Below, piece after piece: positions 14,729 to 26,067 of a stretch of DNA of 64,000 bases. The translations under genes and the position numbers were made by a program. Position 1 is the stretch's first letter. Every line of letters starts with the position of its first letter. This stretch comes from Ascidiella aspersa (lineage: Eukaryota), in contig OZ004611.1 of NCBI GenBank assembly GCA_963924565.1, positions 19,716,001-19,780,000 of the forward strand, written 5' to 3'. The notes below the pieces were generated by a model. That model saw only the letters and a program-made list of their open reading frames with translations. It did no database searches and was not told where the DNA came from.

Positions 14729-15413
14729 CTTGTAACATTTGCTCCAGTTTTCTTCTATCTACCTTAAATCTCTCCTCTATCCAATCAGGATGTGGATTTT
14801 CTTCCTCTTCTTGGGATGTTGTCGTTTGGTTATTACCATCTATAGCTTCTTCACTGGCCGGTCGCTTTTCTGTTTCAAACACTTCGGAATTATGCCTTGA
14901 GTGTGCTGCTCCAGAACTTAAACTGGTCGGAGAAAACTGGTTTTCTGTGCTTAGCAAACTGTCAGCCCGTTTCTGATCTAGCTCTAAAGAGGAGGAAGAT
15001 CTGTCTCTTTTGATATCAACAGCATCCTCGGAAGTGGAAGAAAGATTTGGACCACCACCAACACCGTTGTGCAATACATTGTGGCTGTCCAGTGTTTCCA
15101 GCACAGGGCCATTAGGCTGGCATGCTTCCACTGCACAACCAGGCATTTGTTTCAATGCCTTGCTTTCACTGGCGATAATGTCGCTGTTGTTGTTATTCGA
15201 GTTTAGGTTACGATTATTATCCGGCGTTGATGTTGCTGCTGTCGGCTGACTGGCGACGTTGTTAGGTGGTTGTTTGAGAAATTTAGCTTCTTGCGCGGGC
15301 AGGACCAGACCTGCAACGGCTTTCGTCGTGTTCAGCCCTCCGATGGTTGTTGTTACTTCGCTGCTGCTCCAAGCAGATGCTTCGTCGAGTAAATTGCAAG
15401 AGTTCACCGCCAT
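14729..15413 (-). CDS. BICC1: Bicaudal-C homolog, coding exon 1 (long low-complexity N-terminus, then start of the conserved region)
   Basis: ORF ends in PHPDWIEERFKVDRRKLEQMLQ, matching BICC1 (EWSEERFRVDRKKLEAMLQ). Phase-1 donor G|gtaata at 14728. Confidence 0.93.
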
Positions 15414-15694
15414 CTAGATATAGCTGTGTCGACTGCCAACTGTGCCTGGCATCGCGTGTCCCGTGTTAACGACGCTCGCTACGCTTGTGTTGCTGTGTGT
15501 GGTTGGCGCTCGCCAATTGCTGCCGGGCAAACGCGACGCGAGAGAGCTTTTTTCCTTTTCGCCGCGTCGCTCGAGTTTAGCGAACACCTGTCGCGATTCG
15601 CTTTTTCGCTCCAGATTTTTTCAGTAAACAAAAATGAACCTAACCTACGGATAGATTGTCTTGCGAATTCTCGACAAAATCGACCGCTCTGAAT

Positions 15695-15985
15695 CTAAAA
15701 GAGTTATCGTAGTATCATTTTTGTTAATAGATGGAACACTATGCTTTTAAAAGTTGTCACTCGTGTTATTGCAGCTCTGCTCATTTTTTGGGAATTGCAA
15801 TTGCTTGTGTGTATTTATTAGGCAGTTTTCTTCTATATATTGATACCCACTCTAAAGAAACCAACAGGGTATTTTTAAGTTGAAAAGAAAACATGATAAA
15901 GTTAGCCAGAAACTACCCCTGATATTTTTAGTTTTACCATGAAAGTAACCAAATTTAACAGCACAAAGTAGAATATTTGTCTTAC
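15695..15985 (-). other. Probable 5'-UTR intron of Bicaudal-C
   Basis: Minus-strand donor ccg|gtaaga at 15985 and acceptor ctcttttag| at 15695, upstream of the ATG at 15413. GC-box-like and TGACGT motifs near 16257-16278. Confidence 0.5.
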
Positions 15986-17056
15986 CGGAACGAATAAAAA
16001 TGTTTGTATATGAGGTCATAACGTTATGTCACGTGGTGTTATAAACGGGGGAACTAAGAGATCTGCTGTTCTTTCTTGAGCAAGTATGCAACAAAGGCTA
16101 AATATGTTCAAGGAGATAGGCTATATCTATTACTAAAAAATGATTAACTATTTTGCGGCACGACTGAGAGACTTTTTCGGGTAACTTTAAGATAGACATA
16201 TTCCCCACTATAACAGAACAAGAAATCGCCTTGTGTTTCGAACTATTTGCTCTAACTGACGTGGTAATACCGCCCCCCTGTGAGCGTTAAATAGTTACAA
16301 GAAGTCGTTAGGTCGGGTGTTCATCAAATTTTATCGTATCACAAATTACTGTGTAAAACACGGTACCAGCTATATTAACAAAATGTTTAAGAAACCATCT
16401 GTTGGTAAAAATTCAAAAACTCTAAAAGTGACCCATTATTCTTTTAATTATCTTGCTCTTGTTATAATTTTTTCATTTTAAATAACTAAAAAAATACACA
16501 GACTTAACGTTTAGTAAAAATTATGCGAGTTTTGTTTTACTTTTTTTATTCTTTTACCTTGTTTTGTTAAATGTATTTAATAACCCTTTGATCAATACCG
16601 GTATTAAATTACAGGTCATGCTCACTTAAAAGTTTTTTTTTGTCTATGTAGGTTAGACTAAATCTGAAAAAATGTCGTGTAAACCTTTCCTTGCCTTCAT
16701 ACAAATCTATGGCTTTTGATAACATTTCTTTTAGTGCGGTTTGACCTATCAAGGGCATTTCATGGTTCCGCTTAACGGTTAAAATATTCGTCAATTTAAC
16801 CTATTCTTGAAAAAAACGAATTTGTTTTCTTTTCTACGCGCGAATGTGTGCAAATGTTTACCACCTTTCTAATCTGACACCCGTCATTTGTGTCACCAGG
16901 TTGGCCAACCAAATCAAAGGCCAAGAGCCGCATTTTTTACATTGCTAACCACAATGAGCCTCACCTTGCAAATGGGTAGAATTAGTAGAAATAAATATCA
17001 CCATGTTTATTTCTCACGCACATACTTATACCTTTGTTCCGCTAGATATACTGTTT

Positions 17057-17387
17057 CAGCGTGGTCCAACGTGAATCTTGACGTTTTTTCAGCCGCGCCC
17101 CGCTTTGGTAATTTTCCTATGCTTTTCGCCCCCCTATGAAAAGCAATTCGGCATTTTCAATTAAATATCACTAAGACAATTTGAAAATAGTAAAGTCTGT
17201 TGTTGGCCGCGCGAAGCGCAAAAAAAATGCTGTTTCAATGTTGAAGTTGGCAAAAACAGACTTTGTAGCCTACAGCGCTGTAGGAGTGCTGTAAATCCTA
17301 AACGAAACCATTAGATTCAATGCAAAAAAATTTAAATATTAACTTGGAGCTCACGCCCCCCTAGGCCCACCAGGTTAAGAACCGCTA
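17057..17387. mobile_element. Degenerate hAT MITE
   Basis: cagcgtggtccaac...gttaagaaccgcta termini. No TSD recognisable. Confidence 0.5.
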
Positions 17388-18348
17388 GCCTATGGCATAT
17401 ATACTAACTTTATGAAATGTACACCTTTATTCAGCTACGGTAGTAATGAAATCACAAAGGATCATTTACGAAGTTGTTTTGTCAATAACAATAACAAAAA
17501 AAAAGTTGATGTTGCTAGATTGCAGCAAAGCTGACTATCAGTTCGCGGGCCAAAAAAGAGGAACTCGGGCCTGCACTACACGAACTTTGATTCATCCTCC
17601 ACTAAGCTGTCGAAACTTCTAAAACTTGGATACATAACGATTTTTTATTTGTCTGTTTTTGTTTGCAGACCGGTGTCTTTTAATATAACACGTAGGCTAA
17701 GTTTGGAGAGCGAGGAATTTTGCGATCACCACTTGCAACAGTTTTAGGATTAGTATATTAGGCTACTCATCTTCTATATTTTCTGTTTATTCGGTCAATC
17801 TTATTCAGATTTTTTTCTTTAATGGCTTAAGTTTAGCGTCGTTTTGTAAAACCTTACGTGGTACAACTTTAAGTTATTCGTGTGCTATTTTGTTTTTTGA
17901 GATGAATAGGCTAATAAGCTTCCAAAATGAATGACAAATCAGAGAAAAATGAAATGACAGTTAAAATGAATGACAAATCAGAGTAGTGTCTATGCATGTT
18001 TCATGCTGTTAATACAAAACGTTTATATACATTTTTTTAATGTGCTTAAGTTAATTTTTTTAATAAAATTTAGATTTGTATAATAAAATTGAACCTAAAG
18101 TAGTAAGACAATTATGGTAAGCGGAGGTTTAAAGTTATTCAAAAATATCGAAATCGAAAGTGCTGAGTCATGTACAGTGCATACAGCAGCTTTGTTTATC
18201 TTTTCGGGCCAATCCAGAACGGCGTATTAAATAATGGATTATATTTGGTACTTACACATACATGCTAAACAAGTATGATTAAATAATCTTGTAAATATGT
18301 TGTATTTCAATAGGTTGATTTAGTATTTATTATATATTTTATATTAGA

Positions 18349-18808
18349 ATGGCATGCAAAGTAGGTTTAAGAACTTGCTTACACTTTCTCAAAACTCCGG
18401 GACACCGCATTAAGACTTTTTATCAAATACCAAAGAATAGATTATCTGCTAGGAAATTTTCTACAAGTTCTAAGGCCAATGACGACTTTTCAGGGCGGCC
18501 AAACATATATGACCAACTTGCAGAATCAAATAAAACGTTTGATAAAAATCACACCAGGACTACATTTGCAAATTTGAAAAACACATCTGCAGATGAGTTC
18601 ATTGCTCGGTTGATGTTGTCTGAAGTTCACAAAACATCAATTGAAACTCGTAAATTGTCTTTGGACATTACAAAGGCACAACAAGATAAAGACGAGGGAT
18701 TTCCAATGAGAAATTCAGACATATTTTGGAATTCATTTTCAAGAAAAACGTGTGACAAGGACACCCAGTTGCCCAACCCCTACAATGAATATATAAACTA
18801 CAGTTCAG
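18349..18808 (+). CDS. FAM210B: FAM210B-like protein, exon 1 (mitochondrial presequence-like N-terminus)
   Basis: Basic N-terminus lacking acidic residues, with ARKFSTSS. Donor tcag|gtgtgt is phase 1 and in frame with the next exon. Confidence 0.7.
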
Positions 18809-19387
18809 GTGTGTTGAGAAAATCAACTGTATTTAACATTTTTATTTATGTTTTAATTGCAATTGTTCAGTAATTTTAGTGTGAATTAAGTGAAGTGTTT
18901 TTTTTAAACATCTATGTAGAATGTAGATAATGAACACATCAAAGATTAAATTACATACCCAAGCCACTGTGAAAAGTATGCTTGGTCAACAAATCCACTG
19001 ACCTTAAATAACACCCTCAAAAAAAGAAAAAAAATATGACAACAGTCCACAGCATCCTCTCCCCTGAAAAAACTCCCATACATTAAATAACTGCCCGGGT
19101 CGTTCCGTGTAGTAAACTTGTGGTGTACTTTTAATCTCATCTCACATTCGACTGGCATCGCAGATATGTTGGTCATACACTCACAAATCTAATATAAAAT
19201 TAAGTAACATCTGCTTTTTCATAATGTTTAAAAATCTATTAATGGTCAAAATCATAATGGATGTGCTTTTAAAGTGTATATAAGGTCTTAATGAAAATAA
19301 CATAGTCACTGATAAAAACAAATAAATAGCAGTTTAGCACTTTACCCTTTTGTTGAAGGATTGATTTACAAAATTTATTATTATTAG

Positions 19388-19616
19388 GAGTACGGCACTA
19401 CAGCACTCAGCCAAAAGCACCACAGCCTGATGAGACCTCCAATGATTCAAAACTTAAACAACCACCCTCTGCTGATGTTGGATCCGAAGAGATTAGTAAG
19501 AAGTCAAAAAAGGAACAATTAAAGATAATTTTTGCACAATACGGAGCATTTGGAGTCGCCTTTCATATTGCCATTTCCCTGGCTTCACTGGGATTCTTTT
19601 ATTTGCTTGTTTCAAG
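19388..19616 (+). CDS. FAM210B: FAM210B-like exon 2 (start of DUF1279)
   Basis: ttag|...|gtatgt. Translates ...SKKEQLKIIFAQYGAFGVAFHIAISLASLGFFYLLVS, the DUF1279 pattern. Confidence 0.92.
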
Positions 19617-20096
19617 GTATGTATTGTTTGGTTTACTTTGTGTGCTTTCACATTTAGTGATCAATGCATGCAATAGAGGAATAACATGTCAAAAAAATAA
19701 AAAAAGTATTTGGTTAACAAATGGGCTACTAGCATTCGTAGTTTCAGATTATTTGGTAAAAACATTGATATTTCTGCTTTTTAAATGTTCACTATAATAA
19801 TAATGTCTTACGACAATTTTGCAATATTTATCATAAAACTTGTAAAGGCTATTGATGCAAAAGTTTTATGTCTAATTAACAAGTATGCTATGACAAGATT
19901 GTATAAATATGAACAGAATTTTGTGTTTAATAGTTATTAGAAAATTTTAATTTTTTACCTTGCCCTTTGTGAAGTGATGTTATCTTAGTATGGTATACCT
20001 ATGCTGTTCAAAGGGTTTTTGTTACCTTTTGAGTCACTTAGTCATACTAAATTAATTTTCAATAATTTAGTGCTAATTTTATGTCTGCCTTTTCAG

Positions 20097-20196
20097 TGGT
20101 ATCGATGTGATAGGATTGTTGGCGAAAATGGGCATTGAACTTTCCAGCGTCGTTAGTGGAGCGAGCACCTTTGTTATTGCCTATACTGTGCACAAG
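20097..20196 (+). CDS. FAM210B: FAM210B-like exon 3
   Basis: tttcag|...|gtaagc. Translates SGIDVIGLLAKMGIELSSVVSGASTFVIAYTVHK. Confidence 0.92.
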
Positions 20197-20970
20197 GTAA
20201 GCAATCATAAGGGAAAGGTCAAATTGTTTGACCTAGTCTAGTGATTATTAACAGGGGGGCAAAAATAATCCTAAAAAAATTATACATATATTTTTGTATT
20301 GTGATTTTAACCATATATTGCTGTCTAATTTCTGCCAAGTCACCGTTTTGGTACATAACATAAAAAATATAAATTTGTAGTTTTATCAAGTGAAAAACAA
20401 TGGTTCGTGATTTTCCTGCCGGGACTCCAGGCCTTAGTCCTTCTAAATTAATGCCCCAGCAATAGCCCATAAACTTTTTTTAAATGTTATATATTATTAA
20501 ATCAAAAACATATTTTAACAAAAAAACACAACCGAAAAATATAACAGACTTATTTAAATTGCAGTATTCCTTAGTAAAAAATAATAAACTTACTGTGTAA
20601 ATCGCCTAAAAACAAAATGATTTTTCACATAATACTTATTTTAATATAAAAGGGTGCAATGGACATGATTATAACAACAAGTGGGAGGGGGAAAGCCAAT
20701 GTGAGTGAAATTTGCTACTTGGTAGACACTCGTCCGATTTGCGAGGGTAAATTTTAATTCAAGGCCAACCCTGGGTTTTACATATAGTTAAGTTGTGGCG
20801 TTGTCAACTTAATATCCTGCAATTATTTTAGCAATTTAAGGCCTTCCCACAATGTTTTATAAACTTTATTGAAATGCAACTATGTTTTTTATGGCAAGGC
20901 AGTTGTCAGTCTCCCGCATAGCATACATCTTGTGATGAGGTTAAGTTATATGTATGCTTTTGTTTTTTAG

Positions 20971-21060
20971 CTTGCGATGCCTGTACGAGTCAGTATCACA
21001 GTTGTTTCGGTTCCAATTCTGGTGCGTTACCTAAGAAGAATTGGACTTTTCAGAAAATAA
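20971..21060 (+). CDS. FAM210B: FAM210B-like last coding exon
   Basis: ttttag| then LAMPVRVSITVVSVPILVRYLRRIGLFRK*, matching the FAM210B C-terminus. AATAAA at 21056 (overlapping the stop) and 21541. Confidence 0.92.
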   Translation, partial: LAMPVRVSITVVSVPILVRYLRRIGLFRK

Positions 21061-21819
21061 AGCACGCGTTAAAGACTTTTTCCAAGCTTGGCATTTGACA
21101 CTAAAAATATTTTCGAGATATTCCGACTTGCTCACCTTTATACCAAACCGTGTTCCCGTCGTAATGGGAGAATTATGCATTTGCTTTGTTAATTGTTATG
21201 CTCTTATTTTTATGCTGCTTAATTTCTGGGTAAATTTAAATCACACAACAAAAGCATTGCTGTAAGCAAAGAATATTTTCCTAACAATACTTATTAAATG
21301 ATCTCAATTAACTTGCGGTGTTTTGTGTGTGTATTATATTTACAAAAATTTACATCATATTTTAGGAGCTTTAAAATTGAAGGCTGGACCTCCTATTTTT
21401 ACTACGTTTACCTGTACCATGATCGCCACTCGTAGTCCTATACGTTGTTGTCATTCCTTAAATTCGTTTTTACGCCTTTGTGCTTTGGTGACATTCACTA
21501 AGTAATTACATTAACGTTTATCGTATTACTCAAAATTAATAATAAAAAGGCCATATTGTGACAAAGAAATAATTTGTTAAAGGTATTCGCTTCTCAAGTA
21601 AATTATAGCTTGCAAGCACATGATTGGTCAAATTATCGGTTGGCCAATATAGCCATTTTAAATTTTAAAGTCAATTCTTTTCGATTTTATGTCAAATATA
21701 ACTTCTCCATAAAAGTTTAATAGAATCTTTTCGCTACAAATCGTTTCACGGTAATGTCATTTTCCAATCAACGTTAATGCGCCATAGCGACCTTACGGCA
21801 TATACGTAACCCCTTTAAC

Positions 21820-21960
21820 CAGTGATTCTCAAACTGTGTGCCTCGCCAAATTGTTAGTGTCCCGTAAAACTTTTTCTAAATTTCGAAACTAACTTATTTG
21901 TATTACAAATAATCATAAAAAATTAGTGTGCCGCAAGCCAAAACAATTTGACAACCACTG
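21820..21960. mobile_element. Short hAT (Buster/Charlie-type) MITE
   Basis: cagtgattctcaaa...tttgacaaccactg, TSD cctttaac/ccttaaac. Confidence 0.85.
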
Positions 21961-22841
21961 CCTTAAACGTTTCAATAAAACTATAAAAAGCATTGGAAAA
22001 AAGTTTCATTATCGGCCGTACTGGTAGGCTACGTAAATTCAAAAGTTGCTTGTTATTCGGGTTAAAGCAATGGTAAAGGTTAACCGAAACGCTGTTCCGA
22101 TAAGGCGATTTTTGCAGGTGCACAAAAAATGTTTTTTAGCGGGCCATGTCATATTCAAAAACGAGGATATAATTAAAATTGCAATCTAAACCCTTTCAGT
22201 TTGTCACAGTGGCGAAAGTAAGCGGAAACTATATTTAAAGCAGGTTCCTCTGGCAAAATATATTATTTTCTACCAACGTTTCGGCTTACTATTCGGCAAG
22301 CCTTCGTAAGCGGAAACTGTCTGAAACGGCTTCCAGTAAAACTGTTGTTCCAAACCAATGGGGGGAATTTTTTAATTTCTAGGGGGTGGGGGTTGTGTCA
22401 CAATAATAATCTCTTACTGGTTGTCTGTTCTATGTTATTGCTGCATTTTCCATTTATGTGCTGAAAAAAAAGTTTTCGTATAATTGATTCAAGGCAGCAG
22501 TGTAGAAATGGAAAGACGAAGAAATTTCGAGAAAAGAAAAAAAATACAGAGCGTAAACCTTGTTTACGAACTATTGAAAACCCGGATTTAAGTTGCAAGA
22601 TAAGATTTTGAACGAAATGCATTTATCACGGTAAAAAAACAAATCGACCTTAATAATGAGACGCCTTTGCAAAAGAATAATTCTTATCGTAGTTAGATTT
22701 GATGTAAATTTAGCTTGCTTTAAAAAATTCTTTTTATTTCAACCGATCCCCGAAAGTTTAAAAACTTCAAAGCTCATTTGTTAGTCATGAAGAATGTCTA
22801 ATTTAAATTTTTGGACTCTGAAAAAGGCGATAAAACCAAAA

Positions 22842-23525
22842 GTCTGACCTGAAGCAGCCGAGCGGGTTATCGCGGCACGAGTCAGCATTTGACACGCAGT
22901 CGACCCGCGAATCGTTGACCATGTACTGGGGCAGCACACACACCCTCGCCTCACCCACTTCGTCCGAAACGGGGCACTTGAACCCAGGACCAGGGCCGGA
23001 TTAACCATTAGGCTAATAAGGTTTCGGCCCTCAGTTATTTATTTTTTGTTTTCAATAGTTGAAATTTAATACAGTTGTGGCGTCTGATTCTGCGAATTAG
23101 GTTTGGCAACCTGTCACATTGTTGCATCATCATCATTGAATTATTGACATTCATTTTTTTTATTTTACGAGATAGCAGACTTAATTGACTTATATGTTAT
23201 ATGTCTTTGCTAGCCTAGTTAGAATGACAATCGTTTTTTTGCCTATTACGGAACTGGCTAAGTTGTAAATTTGATGGACTAGCTTTTAACATCTTGCATT
23301 TTGCAATTGAGATATGAAATTATAATATATTTGGCGGACCGACGTGAAAGTTGACGTGGTCCTGCGGTTGAGAACCATGTAGTGAGTTAGACTGTTTTTA
23401 AGTTAGGTCTAGGGCTCTAGGCTTATGCAAGTTATGGTAATTAGGCCCTTCTCAAGTAAACAGCCTTAGGCCTGCAGTACCCTTAATCCGGCCCTGCCCA
23501 GGACCGATCACTTGTTGAAACCAAC
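22842..23525 (-). mobile_element. Probable tRNA-derived SINE interrupted by the 22991-23496 MITE
   Basis: Removing the MITE gives ggtcctgGGTTCAAGTGCCC (B-box/T-arm-like) followed by a GC-rich body. No intact A-box seen. Confidence 0.5.
22991..23496. mobile_element. hAT MITE with perfect TSD
   Basis: Perfect 14-bp TIR CAGGGCCGGATTAA and perfect 8-bp TSD cccaggac. Confidence 0.95.
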
Positions 23526-24848
23526 TCAATTAATATTTATGAGGGCGACATGTCTGGTATTGACAGCAATGTAATTAATATATAGGGACGGCGCTGTGCC
23601 ATGTATCGCAAATACACAGTCGATTTATGGCATGTCGGCAAGCCCTATAGCCCTAATCGTAAGTTACCGAAGTCAAGTCAAGCCGCTGTTGAAGCCAGTC
23701 TGATGATTTGTACTAAAATAGTATTGTACATAATAGAAATGGGTGCCGACATATAGGTAGTGATGTCCGACAAAATCGGACTGAAGACGAACTATTGGAA
23801 TTTCGGCCATGAATTGCGATCCAACCTAGAGTTTTGCAATTTCGATACACCATTTGTTGTAAAACTTATATTAGGGTTTCCTAATGCTTTACCTTATTTT
23901 GGCTTGATATAATGTCGTGATTTTCTAAGTAACATCCCTAATTTAAAGAATACTGCTACAATTCAACAACAAATAGAAACTAAAACTAAATATAAACAAG
24001 TAAATCTGCTTTACGGACATTTAACTGAAACAACATTCAACTAAATAGGAACTTTAGTCCAAGTAAAGTCACACGTATGATGAGTCAAGCCATTGGCCCT
24101 CCAACTAGCTAAGGCGAGACTCCTAGAAGTCACCGTTACCTGTGCGGCGTTCCGAATTAGGAGAACGCGCGACCTTAAAACGAGGATATTCATACACTTG
24201 AAATTGAATACCCTGACATTTTCCAAAAGATTCTGACTCAGATATTAAATGAAACTCGTCAAAATGCAAATCCGAGATGCAAGTCATGTTTTTTTTTTTA
24301 AGAAGACAATCCATGTGGATAGATATTAACAGAGTTGTAGGCCTACTACTAAAATCTTTTCTGGTGCAGAAGTTGCATTTATACAACTAGCCTACACGGG
24401 CAAAATAAGTGAAAATCAAAGTCGAACGAAGTATTGTAAAACAATAAAGCTTGTAGGCTATCTCTAAGGTACAAAATTATGTATACGCCAAGCAGCAAAA
24501 TAATAACAGACAAATACATACAACTATTGGATTACAATCAGAAAATCTCGTCGATTTCTATATTTTCAGGAATTATTGCTTCTAAAGATTTGGAGATCAC
24601 TTTAGAAGGGTTGGTACGATAACTCACCAGAAGTAGATCACTCCATCTTTATCCTTTCCATCTCTTTTATTATAGTTGTTTGATACGATTTAAGAATCCT
24701 CTGAGCCTTTTGGTTTTAAAATACGAATTTGTCCCCATATTCTTTAAGGTTGGATTTTCGCAGTATGATAAGGGTAAATAGTTCGCCTGGAAAATCAACA
24801 TGTTATTAAATATATTTTTATACACCAAAATCGGACGATGCGTATATC

Positions 24849-25581
24849 CTAGCAGCCGAGGCTTTCGAGTTTCAGGTGGACCCCGTTGGCCGACCTGAGG
24901 ACCAGGCCCTGCCTCATCTGCGGCGCCGGACACTCGCCGTCCACCGAGAGCCTGAAGTTCCTCAGCACGTGACAAAGCGTCACCTTGATCTCGCACATGG
25001 CGAACGTCTTCCCGATGCAGTTGCGCGACCCTGCCGAGAAGGCGACAAAGGCTAGCGGGTCGCGTTTGGCCACGTTCTCGGGCGAGAAGCGCTCCGGGTC
25101 GTACAGCTCCGGATTTTCCCATAACGCGGTCGATCGATGGACCACGACGATGTGAATCAGGGAAGACGTGCCCGCCTCCACCTCTAGCCTGCCTCCGGGG
25201 ACGTCCTTGTCCACGAAGGTGGTATTTTCGTTCAGCTTGCGCGCGATTGTGGGCACGGGCGGATGCAGACGCAGACTCTCCTTAATGCACATGTCGAGGT
25301 AGGCGAGCTGGTGGAGGTCATCCCACTTAATTTCTTTCTTGTCCCCCATGATCCGCATAACTTCCTCTCTGCATCGACGCTGGTAGTCAGGGTGGCGAGA
25401 CAGGTTGTATAGGAGCCACGAGATTCCGCTCGTGGTCGTGTCATGCCCCTCAAAGAGGAACGTGTCCACTTCGTCCCGGATCTCCTTGATCGAGAGTCCT
25501 CTTCCGCGCTCGTCTTTGCTTCGGAGAAGGATGTCAATGAAGTCCAAGTACTTTCGTGGCGGCGATTCGTTGTCGAGTGTC
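24849..25581 (-). CDS. Cytochrome P450 family 4, coding exon 2 (total about 528 aa)
   Basis: ttgcag| acceptor in frame. Contains LDFIDILL, EVDTFLFEGHDTT (CYP4 I-helix), ESLR, DPERF and the heme motif FSAGSRNCIG. TAG stop. Confidence 0.96.
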
Positions 25582-26067
25582 CTGCAATCCAACATGTCGT
25601 TATTTAGGGTTTATGGTGCAAACGAGATAAGCGTGATGAAACTAGCAAACGATTTTCAAAAAAAAAAAATCAAGTATAGCAGGCAAAACAAGTTTATCAA
25701 ACATCAACACATATTTAGTTATTGAGTGGAGTCAGTCGAATACCTGGCTAATTTATTCCTCTTGTTTAGGATAAGTTTGTCCTCATCTAAGTAATTCTCG
25801 TGTAAGGGTAATTTTAAAAATAATGTAAACCCTTTTTACTTACGCTTGTTTTGGCCAGCTTAGCATTAAAGACCAAAAGTCACGAATAAATCAAATAAAA
25901 ACTTTGGATTATAAAAGTGTAAAAACCCTTGTAAAAATACTACTGAAATTTCCCTAAACCGTTTGTATGGTAAAGCTTCGTTGCGGTTGACCACCTGTGT
26001 TGTTTTTCGTCGGTTCCGATTTTAAAACGAATCCCAAACGCAGCGAACAAAGAAAAGAAACACTCAC

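Noticed and set aside
18920-19200. Extra FAM210B exon within intron 1
   Set aside because: Both candidate acceptors lead to a stop within a few codons in the required phase.
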